NCBI GenBank assembly: GCA_973895155.1
Contig: OZ316897.1
Location: 10,129,832-10,193,831, forward strand
From: Marsupella aquatica
Taxonomy: Eukaryota > Plantae > Marchantiophyta
Length of the DNA stretch: 64,000 nt
Direction of reading: 5' to 3'
Below the pieces are notes generated by a model. The model did not search any database. It had not been told where the DNA came from and saw nothing but the letters and a program-made list of their open reading frames with translations. Below, in pieces: positions 48,225 through 61,278 of this stretch. Positions within the stretch are counted from its first letter, which is position 1. Each line of letters starts with the position of its first letter. The position numbers and the translations under genes are program-made.

Positions 48225-48858
48225 GGCTTGGAGAATGCTCTAGGGGGGCTTTACAAGACAGTGGGGCTTGGAGCATGCTCTAGGAGGGGCTTTACAAGAC
48301 AGTGGGGCTTGGAGCATGCTCTAGGAGGGGCTTTACAAGACAGTGGGGCTTGGAGACTGCTCTATGGGGGGCTTTACACGAGAGTGGGGCTTTGAGAATG
48401 TTCTAGGGGGGTTTTACAAGAGAGTGGGGCTTGGAGAATGCTCTAGGGGGGCTTTACAAGACAGTGGGGCTTGGAGCATGCTCTAGGAGGGGCTGTACAA
48501 GACAGTTTCAAGACAGTGGGGCTTGGAGACTGCTCTAAGGGGGGCTTTACACGAGAGTGGGGCTTTGAGAATGTTCTAGGGGGGTTTTACAAGAGAGTTG
48601 GGCTTGGAGAATGCTCTAGGGGGGCTTTACAAGACAGTGGGGCTTGGAGCATGCTCTAGGAGGGGCTTTACAAGACAGTTTCAAGACAGTGGGGCTTGGA
48701 GACTGCTCTAAGGGGGGCTTTACACGAGAGTGGGGCTTTGAGAATGTTCTAGGGGGGTTTTACAAGAGAGTTGGGCTTGGAGAATGCTCTAGAGGGGGCT
48801 TTACAAGACAGCGGGGCTTGGAGAACGCTCTTTGGGGGGCCTTACAAGAGATTGGGGC
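48225..48858. repeat. Minisatellite, ~15 units of 40-41 bp with a 4-unit higher-order repeat
   Basis: Consensus ggggcttggagaatgctctaggggggctttacaagacagt; unit variants recur every fourth unit. Confidence 0.97.
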
Positions 48859-49051
48859 TGCTCAGTGCCTCTACATGGCCATTTCCTTGCACTAAAGTTA
48901 AAAAAGACCTAGCCAAAATGTGGCTGTTGGATGTCTCTCTATCCAAATCAAAGCTGATGGCCATCTCATTGCACAAAAGTTGAAATTTCTGGGCCAAAAT
49001 GTGTCAAGTTTGGAAGTTATTAATACAATTGCCTGACAAGAAGCTGCCATT

Positions 49052-49170
49052 TGCTCCAGTTTTGACAAGAAAAACATGCGCAGATAAGGAAAAAAAAAGG
49101 GACCCACACAGCCCCCATGCTCCAGTTTTGACAAGAAAAACATGCACAGATAAGGAAAACAAGGGACCCA
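49052..49170. repeat. Short direct duplication (2 x ~55 bp)
   Basis: tgctccagttttgacaagaaaaacatgc.cagataaggaaaa...gggacccac occurs twice. Confidence 0.85.
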
Positions 49171-49457
49171 CTGAGAGATGACTATGGTAGGTTGGGTGAT
49201 GGTTTTGCTTGATTTTGCTTTATTGTGCCCCATTTATGTACAGTGAAGTGTGGCCTGTTCTCACATATGAATGGCTAGGATTGCATCTCACACTTCAAAA
49301 AAAAGGAATTGCTGCCCACTAGTTCTTGTAAAGCCACCCTTGGGGAGTCACTAGTGGTTTTTAATTTTTTTTGTTTTTGCTTACATTGATATTTTGAGAT
49401 TTCTAAGACTCCAAATGGCTAGCGCTCGATTCGAGTTGGTATCGTATTGCAATCGAC

Positions 49458-49660
49458 GACTCATATGAGCTGCTCCATTCGTAGACCCTGATTTTCCAGT
49501 AGTATGAATTGACCCTCAACCGGTCAACCCCTACTAAACACGTGGTACAGTACATATTCGCAACGCTCGACTCATACGAGCTGCTAGACCCTGAATTGTC
49601 CAGCAGTATGAGTTGACCCTCAATCTACTAAACACATGATACAGTACATCTTCGCAACTC
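49458..49660. repeat. Tandem duplication (2 x ~100 bp)
   Basis: cgactcata.gagctgct...agaccctga...gaccctcaa...ctactaaacac..tacagtacat.ttcgcaac occurs twice. Confidence 0.85.
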
Positions 49661-49773
49661 TGACAACACTGCAATTAGACAACTCAAATTTATTGATGGG
49701 GCCCCAGAAATGGCCCCAAACCGCATTGTGACAATGTGACCCCAGAGCTATGGTCACGGGCCTGGTGTCAACT

Positions 49774-51600
49774 ATTCAGAGAGACAAGTCGACAAGTCCC
49801 TGCATTGTTATTCAATGCACCTCGATTCTCTCCCAGAGCCCAATACTCTTTCCATTTTTGTGTCTCACTGCACAGTAGTGCAGTTTCAGGCCAGCCCCAT
49901 TTTTGGATCCCGGTTCAGTTTTGAGGAGGACACAGATTTTTGAGGAGTTCTAATGCTTGACATTTTTAACATATTCAAAATTGACATAAAACTATAATAT
50001 CAGTTTCTAAAATATCAATATATTTTTTAAAATAAAATATTAAATGGTAATGAGTATGGAGAATTGACGCATAGGAGTAGTGTGTGACCTAGTGGTATTG
50101 GAGGTCAGTTGAGACTACGAGGTGGTGTATTCAAGGCACATGACATGCAACTTTTCTTTTCTTTGATTGAGGGCATGGAAAGGAATGAAAGTTAGAGGGG
50201 TGGGGGGTCTAATTGTATTTGAAAATGGAAATGGTAAATGAAATATATATGAGGGGTTCAAGTAATTTTGGGGATAGAAAAAATAACAAAGGAGACACCC
50301 ATCAAAGCCAGGCATAAAAATTAAAATAATGTCCAAACAAATTGGACTTGGGGATATGAACCAAGGATGCGCCATATAGCAGCAACAGAAAAGTTGAGGA
50401 GACATGATCACATAAAAAACCATTTATCTCCTAAATCATTCATGGTAAGCACACATCTTATTGTATAAGAAGCAAAACTTTATTCATGAAATTTGTTTTC
50501 AAATCAATAGAAAACCTAGAAGCCAATGGCAGTCTACCACCCTACAATTAATCACTCAATCACATATCTTTTCTACATACAAGGTTGGAAATAGTCTAAG
50601 TTGGCTACCCTGGAAAACAAGTCTACCAAAGGTGCTGTGCTTGACACATTTGTCAAGACACTCAACGAATTAAGACCCATGATTGCACCAATTCCTTGCA
50701 AACTTTTAAAAATCTGTCTATTGGAGTACACTTCTCAATCCTGGCCCTGTTGTCTTCTCTACCACACACTTTTGGACTCGCTTCATAGGGGCCTTCTGCT
50801 GGGTTGGTTTTTGTGCCTTTTTCAAGGCGCTTTCTTTTGTCTTACTGGTTTCTCAGCTTGTTGCACAAGGCCTTTCTTCTCCTGTGAACACCACCTCTAA
50901 TATTGTTTGCCTTTTGACTTCTAAACTCTTTTGTTGGCTTCTCACGCTAACCTCTTTTGTTGGATTCTTCTAAAACTGAAAGCAACTACCCCACCAGGAA
51001 CATGATTGGCACCTCACAACAATGGGCAGGTACAAGAAATTAACAAAATAGGTTAATTTATCTCCCTGGCTCTCATGGGTGTTTCCTTTGTTATTTTTGC
51101 TATCTCCAAATTACTTGAAACCCCCATATATATCTCATTTACCATTTCCATTTTCAAATACGATTAGACACCCCCGCCCCCTCATTCCTTTCCATGCCCT
51201 CAATCAAAGAAAAGAAAAGTTGCCCATCGTGTGCCTTGAACACGCCACATCATAGTCTCAACTGACCTCCAATATGACTAGGTCACACACTACTTCTGTG
51301 CATCAATTCTCCATGCTCATTACCATTTACTCTTTTATAATTATTTTATATTTTATATTAACAAATATATTGATATTTTTTAAATTGATATTATAGTTTT
51401 ACATTATTTGTGAATAAGTTAAAACCATCAAACATTAGAACTCCTAAAAAATCTATGTCGTCCTCAAACTGAACCGGGACCCAAAAATGGGACTGGCCTA
51501 AAACTAAAGTGAGACACAAAAATGGAGAGAGTATTCCGGTGGACTATGGGGGAGAATAGAGGTGCATTGAATGACAATGCAGGGACTCGTCTCCCTGAAT
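49774..51600. mobile_element. Non-autonomous Mutator-like element with ~550-bp TIRs
   Basis: 49774-~50325 is the inverted complement of ~51053-51600. 9-bp TSD GTGTCAACT at 49765-49773 and 51601-51609. Confidence 0.92.
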
Positions 51601-53399
51601 GTGTCAACTGCAGTGTTATCAATTCAGCGATGGCTTTTGTCTTCAACTTGGTGTTGAGGATGTGTCATCCTCTTGAAGTGGCTGGAAACTCATTACTAGG
51701 TGAAAAGCTCACACATGATGTAATAATATTGCAGAACTTTTAAATCTATTGACGCCTTCTACCGCGAGATATGGAATAGAAAGCATTTACAGTAGCGCGG
51801 TCTTCAGATGTTTGTAAATTGTAATCCAGTCAAAGGATAATGGAGAGTTATGAAACCTTCCTGGAATCCGGACGTTGGCAGAGTCCCAATTGCAAATGGA
51901 TCTGTCTCTGCGGTAACTTGGGATGACATTCATGTCCACGATATGGACATTGAGGACGTACAAGAACATCGGCATTCCGCTTAGCCTTCCTGTCCGTGAC
52001 GCTCCTTAGCTTCCAAATTTTCCTGTTACCGTTGTTGATGGCGAGCTGATGGCAGTGGGCACATGATTCGGAGGTTCACGCCTTGTTCGAACCAGAGAGT
52101 TTTGTACCTTGAACACACAAATTTAATGGGGGAATCTGCACAACTGCGATGGAAGGGACAACCTTTTAGGTTTCATGCAACAGCGCCATCACTTGTCGTG
52201 AGGCCACTTTTCTGAAATGATTTCTCCTGAGAGATTGACCAAGACACTCATGGTGTCCATAGGCCCAGTTTGAACTGATGGACACTTTTTGCTTTGTTGT
52301 TCCTAAACTCGTCACATTCCGGCTAAAAAAATGGGACCAACTGTCCTATATTTGCCTGTATTCCCTGGACGGTCCCGAACTCTCCCTGACCCCCTTCCTG
52401 ACCCGGTCCCGGCCCACATGACCGCGACCTCAATCTCGGATGACCGGGCGGTCGGGATGACCGGGTGTGATGGATGACAGGTCTAGACCCCTCATTTGCC
52501 GAGCAAATCCAAACCGGGTCAATATGATTGGGACTAAGTAGGACACTTATGGTGTCCACGGCTTACAGTTGGCTTTTGTGAATGGAGAGCTTTTGAAAGA
52601 AGTGTAAAGCCATGTGTTTGCCTTTGCTCTTCCTTTATTAAATAGGGGCTCCAGCAAGTGAACGCAATGGGGAGGAGTGGTCTGAGTCTGATCCAGCTTT
52701 CACACTCACCGAGTCCGCTGTCAACTGAACGGAATGGGGTCGTTAGATTTCGTGTCCTGGGCAGGTAGCCACTATGACGACAGCCTGGCCATTGGATTCG
52801 CTCAAGTGGGTGGCGACCTCATGGAGTCATCCCTCGATATGGGTGGCAAGCTCTCTTAATTAATTAATTTGGCATGCATTATGGTCTGTTCAGTCAGTAT
52901 GTGAGGATTCTCCCAGGATCTAAAAGTGAGTCAGGAGCCAAGTATGGCTGATCATACCATGTAGGTACTAAGGAGGACTGATCGTCTGATCGAGGACAGA
53001 TCAGACAAGAAAACATTTTAAAAATGCCCGTTGGTCTGTAGATGAGGACTATTGTCACAGACTCTAAAAGTGGGTCAGGAGACAAGGATGGCTAATTATA
53101 CGTAGTAGGGACTGGGGAGGAATTAGAGGCAAAAAAACATTAAAAAATGCTCCATGGCCTGTGGAGTTGGATCGAGAGTTGGATGTATGGCACATGACGC
53201 ACTCAAGTAGTATGAGGAGGTGGGAAGGCAAGGGATGCTTGTGTGTCCCTATAACTTCACATCAAAATATATGGTGCAGGACATCCCTTGGTATCATGAT
53301 AAACCTAGTTGGTTTTTTTAAATCAATGAATGCACACCTATATTAGCACATTTGGATTGGGGGGGGGGGGGGGGGGCGGGCGGCGGTGCTTGTTGGCAG

Positions 53400-54200
53400 G
53401 GGTAGGGCAACTCTGGCCAACTCCAAATCAGGAATGCTGGCGAGTAAGAGCATTGCCACAGGCTGTGGGGAATCCCCAGCCAGTAAAGACTTCAGTGAGA
53501 GGTGGTTGCTAAAACTTTTTCAATCCCCACCAGATCCTGGAGGTCGAGCTCCACACATGCCAGAAGACACCTCTGTGTGTAGATGGCACCGACCCTCCAA
53601 TCTCCTTTCTGCAGACGCAATGGTGGCAGGGCTCAATCTTGGAGGCCTTTTAATTACCCCACCTTTACAACAGTGTGGTTTTGTATAGTTCATCACAAGG
53701 AAAGATGGTTCCTTCATCTGGTCTCTCTTTGGGATGGGAAAAATCTACTTCAATAATGTCCTCAAGAAAACTCCTTTTTTGGTTGTCAAGAAAACTTACT
53801 GGTGTAAAACTAACACTGCATGTCGCCCATCCTTGGAGCTTAAACTCAAATTGTATTGTGGGCAAAAGGAAGGTTGAGGCCTCACTAAAAAGTCTCAATG
53901 ATCATAGAATTCAGGTTTCGACCCACCGTACTATGGTGGAAAGCACACTGGAAAGAACCGACAAATCTGGTTTGAGTTGCTTATTCTTTGAAAAGGAAAA
54001 GTACAGGCCTTTTTGCAAACTCCACAACCACTGTAGTTTGCAGGCAGGCCTTGAGTAGTGTTTTGAGTAGGTTTTGAAGAAGCCCAACGTAGTTACCCAC
54101 GTTTAAAAAAAGCAAGGCTATTTGGAGGTTCAAGAATAGAGTAGGAACCAAAAGAAATATATCTTTGGCAAGTTTGAACAAACCACTTTGCAGTTGTACT
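53400..54200 (-). mobile_element. Degenerate element remnant, possibly LINE ORF1
   Basis: Broken peptides FKLAKDIFLL and LPTIQFEF; weak similarity to 4400-4700. Confidence 0.3.
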
Positions 54201-54306
54201 TACCAAGGGTAATATAGAGGTTGAATAATGGAGTAAGATTAAAGTCATAAGTCAACATTTTCATACAAATGCTTAAAATATTTCAACTCATGGAAAATAT
54301 TATCGG

Positions 54307-54720
54307 AGGTTCAACTTTTTACTAATTTGTCCCCCAAACTACTCAATATTACTAATATACCCAACTAAATTATTTATCAGTTTGTGCCCCCCCCCCCCCC
54401 CAAAAAAAAATTGTATACTGGTTAGTATTAACTTGAGACCAAGTTCCCATTGCCATGTGGCCAGGCATCATTGGCTAGCCTTAACCCACCTTCCCCATTG
54501 CAGGGCCTATGACTGTGCCCCGCAATGGGGAAGGGGGACCAAGGGGGGTCAGGCGGGTTAAGGGTTGCCAATGGCAACAAGATCCCGGTCACGAGTTACT
54601 ACTAAGGTTCCCGTATGCAAAATGTGGGGGAGGGGGGGGGGGTTGATAGTTAAATTTATTATGGGGGCACATTAGTAATATCAGATAGCTTGGGGGACAG
54701 ATTAGTAAAAAGCTGATCCC
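54307..54720. mobile_element. Foldback/MITE-like element (~410 bp, nearly entirely palindromic)
   Basis: tttttactaatttgtccccca / tgggggacagattagtaaaaa; polyC/polyG; central ccttccccattgc.gggc / gccccgcaatggggaagg. No clear TSD. Confidence 0.8.
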
Positions 54721-55171
54721 AAGTTTCACATTGGCAACTCAAAGATTCACCTCCCTTGCCATGTGTTACCTTTTTTTGTCAAGATGAGACAATCACAAAC
54801 GAGATCACAAAACTTGTTGTGATAAATTGGATGGTCGAGAAATGTTTCAGCTCTTTCTTGACTTTGTAGCCAAACTTTTTTGAGTAAGCAACCGCTACTC
54901 AAAGACAACATGCACATGTGCAACGTATATCCAACAAACACACAAGTATTTGGCACAAGAGATACAAGTCATGGTCCACCTCTCCAGATATTATGTCCCT
55001 GGGAACACACAAGATAACTCTACACCCGTTGACCATAGTGAGTCTCCACATACTAAACTCTCCCTATCTCTTAAATAGCTTTGTGACAATAAGCCTAAGT
55101 TCCAGTCACTAGCTAAGTCCAGCTAGAAATTGAATATAGTAGTGACACATTTAATTTCAACCAAGTACCTG

Positions 55172-56469
55172 ATTATGATATTCTGGACGATGGTTCCTGG
55201 AAAACTCATTAATGACTCTTGAGAGGACCCACCAAGGGCCCACTCACTCCTATTCCCATAGAACAAATAAATTTGGTAAAATGCCTTCCTTGTTAAGTAA
55301 CTTCTCAAACAGAGTTCTCAAAAGGCAATTGACAGAAATACATAGTTCCCTGACAGAACTGAACCCCCATCTCTTAACCCAACCCAACACAAACCCATCC
55401 GTTCACAGTCTAACCCCCAGTAAACCCATGACGGACACCGCGGCCATGATTTCCATGGTTGTGGTCGCTGCAGCGTTCACGACTGGTTTTCGCCCTTCTT
55501 GAAGACATCCCCTGACATGTCTTCATTAAAATTTTGTTGAATACATGCAACATTATGTCTTCGTTCAAAAAATGGAAAATGAAAAAGCGGACACAGTTTT
55601 GGCGGCATCATTTCTCAGTTCTGCAACATTTTGATCCGTCGACCGCATCTCCTCTTGGGTTTTCTGAATCACAGTTGTTCACTTGGTTGATTTTAGGAGA
55701 CAGTGGAGCTTGAGAAAGCATCTTTGAATGACTATGTCATCCTTTGATTGGAACTGATTGTTAGCACCGACATGCAGTTGGCAGTTGTAATGTAGTTGAC
55801 AGTTATGAGGCCAATCACTCCGTCTGCCCTTACGCCATGGTCGGGCGTTCTCGTACCTCTGTACTCGTTTAGAATGTACTCAAGCTTGCACTGCTTCTAG
55901 ATGTGATATTCTTCTCTTAGAAATGTTGTTGTTTTCCCAACCTCCTCCAATTAAATCCATGTGAGGAAGTGGTGGCGGAATCATCGAGAACATGGAAGCG
56001 GGACTAGCTATCTATGGTACTTGACTTCCAGGTTCATGTAAATTGCTTAAGGGGAAAAATGAAGTCGCCGGGCAGATGAGTATATCGCTCCAGCCCTGAA
56101 TGATCTCGAAGAATGCCATTTGAAAGAAGACATGCCACTGAATGTCTTCAAAAAGTTCACGTAAAGATCTCAAAATCACCTTGGGCGACTACGCGATTGC
56201 CGTTTGGGTTAATGGAGGGTTAGCCGGACAGAAGTGAGTTTGGTTCCGTCAAGTTCCTCCACTTTCAATTTGTTGCTCATGGAGGAGAGGACACATCAAG
56301 TCTGTTGCTCATGGAGGAGAGGACGGAAAGTGAAATGAATTCACTCTTAAGTGAATTGGTGATGTGGTAAGAGAATATAAGAGATGAGAGTGGGCCCTTG
56401 GTGGGACCTCCATAGAGCCATAAATGAGTTCTCCAGGAACCGTCGTCCACTCGTCCAGAATATTATGAT
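55172..56469. mobile_element. Non-autonomous TIR element (~75-bp TIRs, 1.3 kb)
   Basis: atattctggacga..ggttcctgga.aactcatt..cccaccaagggcccactc at 55172-55245 is inverted at 56388-56469. TSD not resolved. Confidence 0.8.
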
Positions 56470-56779
56470 TAGATTAACTATGGCTACTTAGTAACTCTAG
56501 ACCCAAGAGTTTTTGCCTATCAACACCCACCTTTTTTGGCCCCAACACTTTTTATAGAATTTTAGATTCTTCTTGCTTAGGTTTAGATTCTTTGCTAGAA
56601 ATTGGTGGCAAGTCTAGGAGGTGTATGCCTTGGAGTCAAGAACTTGTTGCAAAAGAGGTCCTGGAGTCAATGTACTAGAAGATAGAGTAAACTTAATGTG
56701 TCTTTGGAGTTGCAAAGAAGCACAAAGATATAGTGGTGTGAGTAGAAAAAGTTGGATGAGTGGGGTGAAGATAGGTGGA

Positions 56780-56925
56780 AGTTGAGTGTACATGAAGGGA
56801 TGGCAAACAATGGGTGTAAAATCAACAAAAACAATTCTCATAGAAGAAGAGAGGTTGAAGTTGAGTGTACATGAAGGGATGGCAAACAATGGGTGTAGAA
56901 AATCAACAAAAACAATTCTCATAGA
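56780..56925. repeat. Tandem duplication (~78-bp period)
   Basis: aagttgagtgtacatgaagggatggcaaacaatgggtgta..atcaacaaaaacaattctcatagaa occurs twice. Confidence 0.9.
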
Positions 56926-58229
56926 ATAACAAAAATGCAAACACAATCAAAACTCTATAATCTTTAACTAGTTCATTACCCGTGCCTTGCACAAAAGATG
57001 GTGTGGCATAAAAGATGTCAATGCATATAATGTTGTTATGCAAAGATGTCAATGTGTAAAAATGTTGTTCCGCAAAAGATTTCATTGGATAGAAGAAGTT
57101 GTTGCAAAAAAGATGTAGATTCTGATAAGCCCTTGTACAACATTAGCCCATTTTTGTTGCCTGCTTTCTCACCTAGCCATAGACCCCCATTTGCCTGACT
57201 CTGACGGCTTGCTTTAAATCTAGTAAGATCTAAGTGTCAGGGATTCATCTGAGAAAATATAAGGAATATATTTAGAATATACTTCACTCCAGGTTAGATT
57301 TGCCAATTTGAAAAAAAAAACCTTAAAAATAGGCTCACAATTACAACAAGGCTATAGGGACTAGGGTCACACAGCTAGCCCCATTCAAACGAAGGGCCTA
57401 GTCAGGGTTTTTTCTCCCTAGAGGAGCCCATCAGTTTTTTTCTCCTTCTATATGTCAACACAAACTTTTTCGGCACAAAAGAAACTATGAATTTTATTGA
57501 GAATCATCGCTAGTACTCAGTCAACAATCTTTTATATGTCAATGATCATTTATGTGGGCCATTTTTTGGTGCACATAATATTCCTGTTGACTACATGTCA
57601 TGCAAGTGCGCACACTGCACAGGCCACAAGACTGACCTCCCCTCCGTGCACAATTAACTTTAGTATCCCCTCCCACTCACACACCAACATTTCTCCTTTC
57701 AACTCTCCTCCCGGCGCTACTATTGCCAGCACTAGTCTATAGTAACCTTTTCTTTCAATTCTTCTCATCTGCTAACTTTTGCCGCCCAACTCCTACTCTT
57801 TGTTTAAACTCTTCTCCCCATCCACCCACCTTCTCCACCACCCCTCCAAACTCTAGCTTTTTCTCTCCACACTCATCCCTGTTTGTTCGTTCCACTAATC
57901 TCCCCCAACTCTTGGCTTCAATTTCAACTCTCTCTACCCTCGTGCCATCTCGAGTGTCAACTATCTGCTATACCAACAATGGGGACTGTTGCTTGAAATC
58001 TGTGTTAAATAATGCCCATGACCACTTATATGCTGCATCTCCAGAGTACATCTCCTACCATAGTCAAGTTCACAGAATTGTTGTATATGATAATGAGGAT
58101 CCGTTATTAATTATTAATTAATTCCTATAATACAATGTCCCGCCTATTTTTGCAGTGGTAGTCTTTTAAATTTGCAGTGCTAAATGTTTTTTTTTGGAAG
58201 GAACCAAAGCAAGCAGAAAACATAAAAAC

Positions 58230-58535
58230 CTGGAAAAAGGAAAAAGAGATAGGGGAGAAAATGGAGGAGGGATTATCAAGGAGAATTTGTCCCTGGGAAA
58301 AGGAAAAAGAGACAGGGGGGAAAATGGAGGGGGGATTATCAAGGAAGATTTGTCCTCCTCATCCTTCCACCTGTCAGCTACTTTGCACCAGTTACACAAA
58401 GCCCCAAAATTGGTCAATACTGAGTATACTGTTTGTGACACTGGACTCAAACTGAAGTAGTACCGGTTACACAGAGCCCCAAAAGTGATCAATAGTGAGT
58501 ATCCTGTTTGTGACATTTGACTCAAACCGAAGTTG
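58230..58535. repeat. Two adjacent tandem duplications (~63-bp and ~76-bp periods)
   Basis: gaaaaggaaaaagaga..gggattatcaagga x2; gttacaca.agccccaaaa..gtttgtgaca...gactcaaac.gaagt x2. Confidence 0.85.
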
Positions 58536-59763
58536 CACCAATTATCAATATTTGTGACAATTGCCACAAACAGAAGCAGTCAAGTGAGCCAATCTTACAC
58601 ATTTTTTTCTTGAAGGCCAAATATAGCCTCTTATTAGCCTATGCCCTAGTGCCTGCCCTTGATTTCTTTTAGGTAACAATTTCCTTTAGATAACAATGTC
58701 TTTTCTATCAGGACATCTTAGTGCAAAGACATCTTTTATGCAACATTTTTAACGCTATGCAATCCTAAACACAATCTCTTTTGTGGAACAATATCTTTTG
58801 TATGCAATGACAGTTTACACAAGTATCTCTTTCCCCAAACAACTTTTGTTATGTAACATTGGGGAAGGGCAACTAGACTCCCTACTGCAGCATCACTACC
58901 GTAACGGATCACAACATCCTCCAGGAAAATTAACCCAGGGAGATTTTGCTTGAGATGGCTTAACTCAGCATCAGTCAAGTGCGTACACATTTGTGCACAA
59001 CAATTTTTGGTGTGGACACCAGTCTGGACTAGTTAGTGGCAAAATTTCCCATGACCCAACCCATAGCATTGGGCACAGAAACTCACTACGGATTCTACCC
59101 CATGTGGAAGTATTAGTCAATTTTGGCAAAAATTAGCCAATGTTTTTTCTACTTTCCCACCTGACCACTAGGTGACATTTGTCACTTGGGGAAAAAGGGG
59201 AAACCTAAAAAAACAGACTGGTAGGGACAATAGGTCTGCATGGTACCAGGCTACTTGTTGACCTTGGAGCGCTGTAGGGTCTGGAGGGGCTGGGGTTGCA
59301 GGGGATGTGCATGGGCTCAAGGAACTGGGGGGCCCATCAAGTATTTTTCTCCACATAGAAGATTGTCACTACCACAAATTGCCAACAATGTAAGAGTGTT
59401 TATGTGAAAGTACATCTGCTGCTTATGAACACCACAACAAGTGGGAAGGACAAAGTCAAATGCTACATATATAACACTGCCAACTTTAAATTGCTACTTG
59501 CCTTTATGAATCCAAACGTGGTCTGTGCCATCCTTCATTTTGCCCTGTGGAGGGAAGGAGAAAGGTTTGCACTAGGGCGTTTCAAATATGAGAAAAATAA
59601 TGACCTCACGGGCGGCCCGCGAAAGCCCTCAGGCACACCAAAAGTGGGTACACCCAGGCCATTTTTTTTGAGAGTAGTCAACATTGAATGGGGTCACGGC
59701 GCTTGCATCTAACACTCATAATCCTGACCTCGACTTTCAACCTTTGGGGACAAAGCATGGCAT

Positions 59764-60974
59764 TGTGAGGTAGTCTGCACATTTTTTCTGGCCCTCCCTA
59801 TTGATCACTAAATCCTGGGTGTGACTGGTTGGGTGCGACATTTGGTGCCCAACCAGTCAAGGGCATTGGCCCGACCCTGGACAGTCGGGCATGGTCCCAC
59901 TCGCAAAATTAAGATATTTGAGATGCCACACTGGATCTTCAAACCCAGTCTTTTCCCCTACTGCCCGCAGTTTTATCCTGCAGGTGCGCCAGTTGGTGGT
60001 GTGCCCATTATGCGCGATGGGATCCGGGTTGGGGGCCAAATGTTTAGGGACCAAAGCTGGTCCGGGGGTGGCAGGTCTCCAGAAGCATATATGAGGGGAG
60101 TGGTGTCTCCCTGGGGGCTAAGGCCGAGCCGAAGTTGTGAGCACGGCAGTCGCGACGCTAAGGGAAACCGCCAAATGGAAATGACGATATCTTCCCAACG
60201 GAAAGTCCGTTGGAGGACTTCTTGGGGCGTTGGAAAGCTCTTGAGTAGGGCTACATCCTCCTAAGCTCAGCTGGGTCTGGGGGTGCCGTGGGTTCTCGTG
60301 GTTTGCGGGTGTTAGCTCGCCCGCTTGCCAAATCCTGCCGAACAGCAGCCTGGCCGCGTTCAATCTCCCAAGGGAGCTTGCGTTGGGGAGGCAAGGCCAA
60401 GTAGGTGCGGAGGCTGAGTTCCAAGGGTGCTCGGCCCCTAGACCACCAGTGGGCAAACCGGGAGCGGTTGCTAGAGTCGGGACCGTTCTGGTCCCGGCGT
60501 CTTGGGACAAGCTTTAGGACAAGGTACGCTATTTGGGCCATGAGCATGTCTTGAGGTCAAGGCGGTCAGTTGGTGATGGATGGGTACGAGGGGGAACCTG
60601 GGCCGCGCCCATGGAAGAAGTTGTTCTGGACGAACAGTGGGCGTGGGTTCTGGTTCCGGCTTATGGCATCAGGAGGACCTATCGCTGACCTATTTACCAA
60701 CGTCTGTTGAGCTTGAGTTAGGATGCAAGACTTGACAAGTTCTAGATCCTGAAGGGTTACTTACCGAGGTGCTTGGTTGCTTGTGCAGATAGGAGAACCG
60801 TTGAGTAGCAGTTGTGTTAGAGAGCAAGTGCGGCTTCGTATGGGTGGGGCCGCTGGCGGTGCAAAGGGGCACTAGGTTGCTTGCTCGAGGTATTCCGCGG
60901 AGGCATTCGGGCACCAAGGACACTTAGGCGTGAGTGCTGGGATTGGTGAGGGCGCTGGGTGGCGAAGTCCACCA
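59764..60974 (+). repeat. Putative 5' LTR
   Basis: Begins TGTGAGG and ends just before the PBS. The second LTR is outside the window, so the start is tentative. Confidence 0.55.
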
Positions 60975-60978
60975 CTTG

Positions 60979-60990
60979 TGGTATCAGAGC
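60979..60990 (+). promoter_or_regulatory. PBS complementary to the tRNA-iMet 3' end
   Basis: TGGTATCAGAGC. Confidence 0.92.
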
Positions 60991-61278
60991 GATTGCTAGC
61001 ATAGACACCGGGCCGGGGTTGTGCAAGTCGGAATCCAAAAATCTTAGCGGATTTTTGCAGGGACTAGTGCTTCAACGTGCCCGACGGGTTGACTGCGGGC
61101 AGATTCGGTCACTGGGAACATGGCTAAAAACACTTGATCAAAGAGTGGCAAACAGGCTCCCCCCACCGAGGGGAGAGCCCAAGTCCAAGATGAACAGAAG
61201 GAGGACGGGTCGACTTCCCTAGACAAACGTTATAAGCAGGACGAAGAAGACGCAACGGCTAAACCGTCGACCGTTGCG

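Noticed and set aside
48225-48858. CRISPR-like array or repeat-protein ORFs (48189-48983)
   Set aside because: There are no unique spacers and the context is eukaryotic. Unit lengths of 40-41 bp shift the frame, so the ORFs are by-products of the repeat.
51780-52560. Coding-like fragment and twin GACAC-N5-GTGTC hairpins (~52243, ~52542)
   Set aside because: No identifiable protein, and the repeats are too short to define an element.
55082-57141. Solo LTR enclosing the TIR element
   Set aside because: TG/CA candidates exist, but there is no matching TSD or second copy.
58736-59712. Short ORFs, one vaguely OB-fold/RPA-like (59404-59600)
   Set aside because: The similarity is too weak to support by eye.
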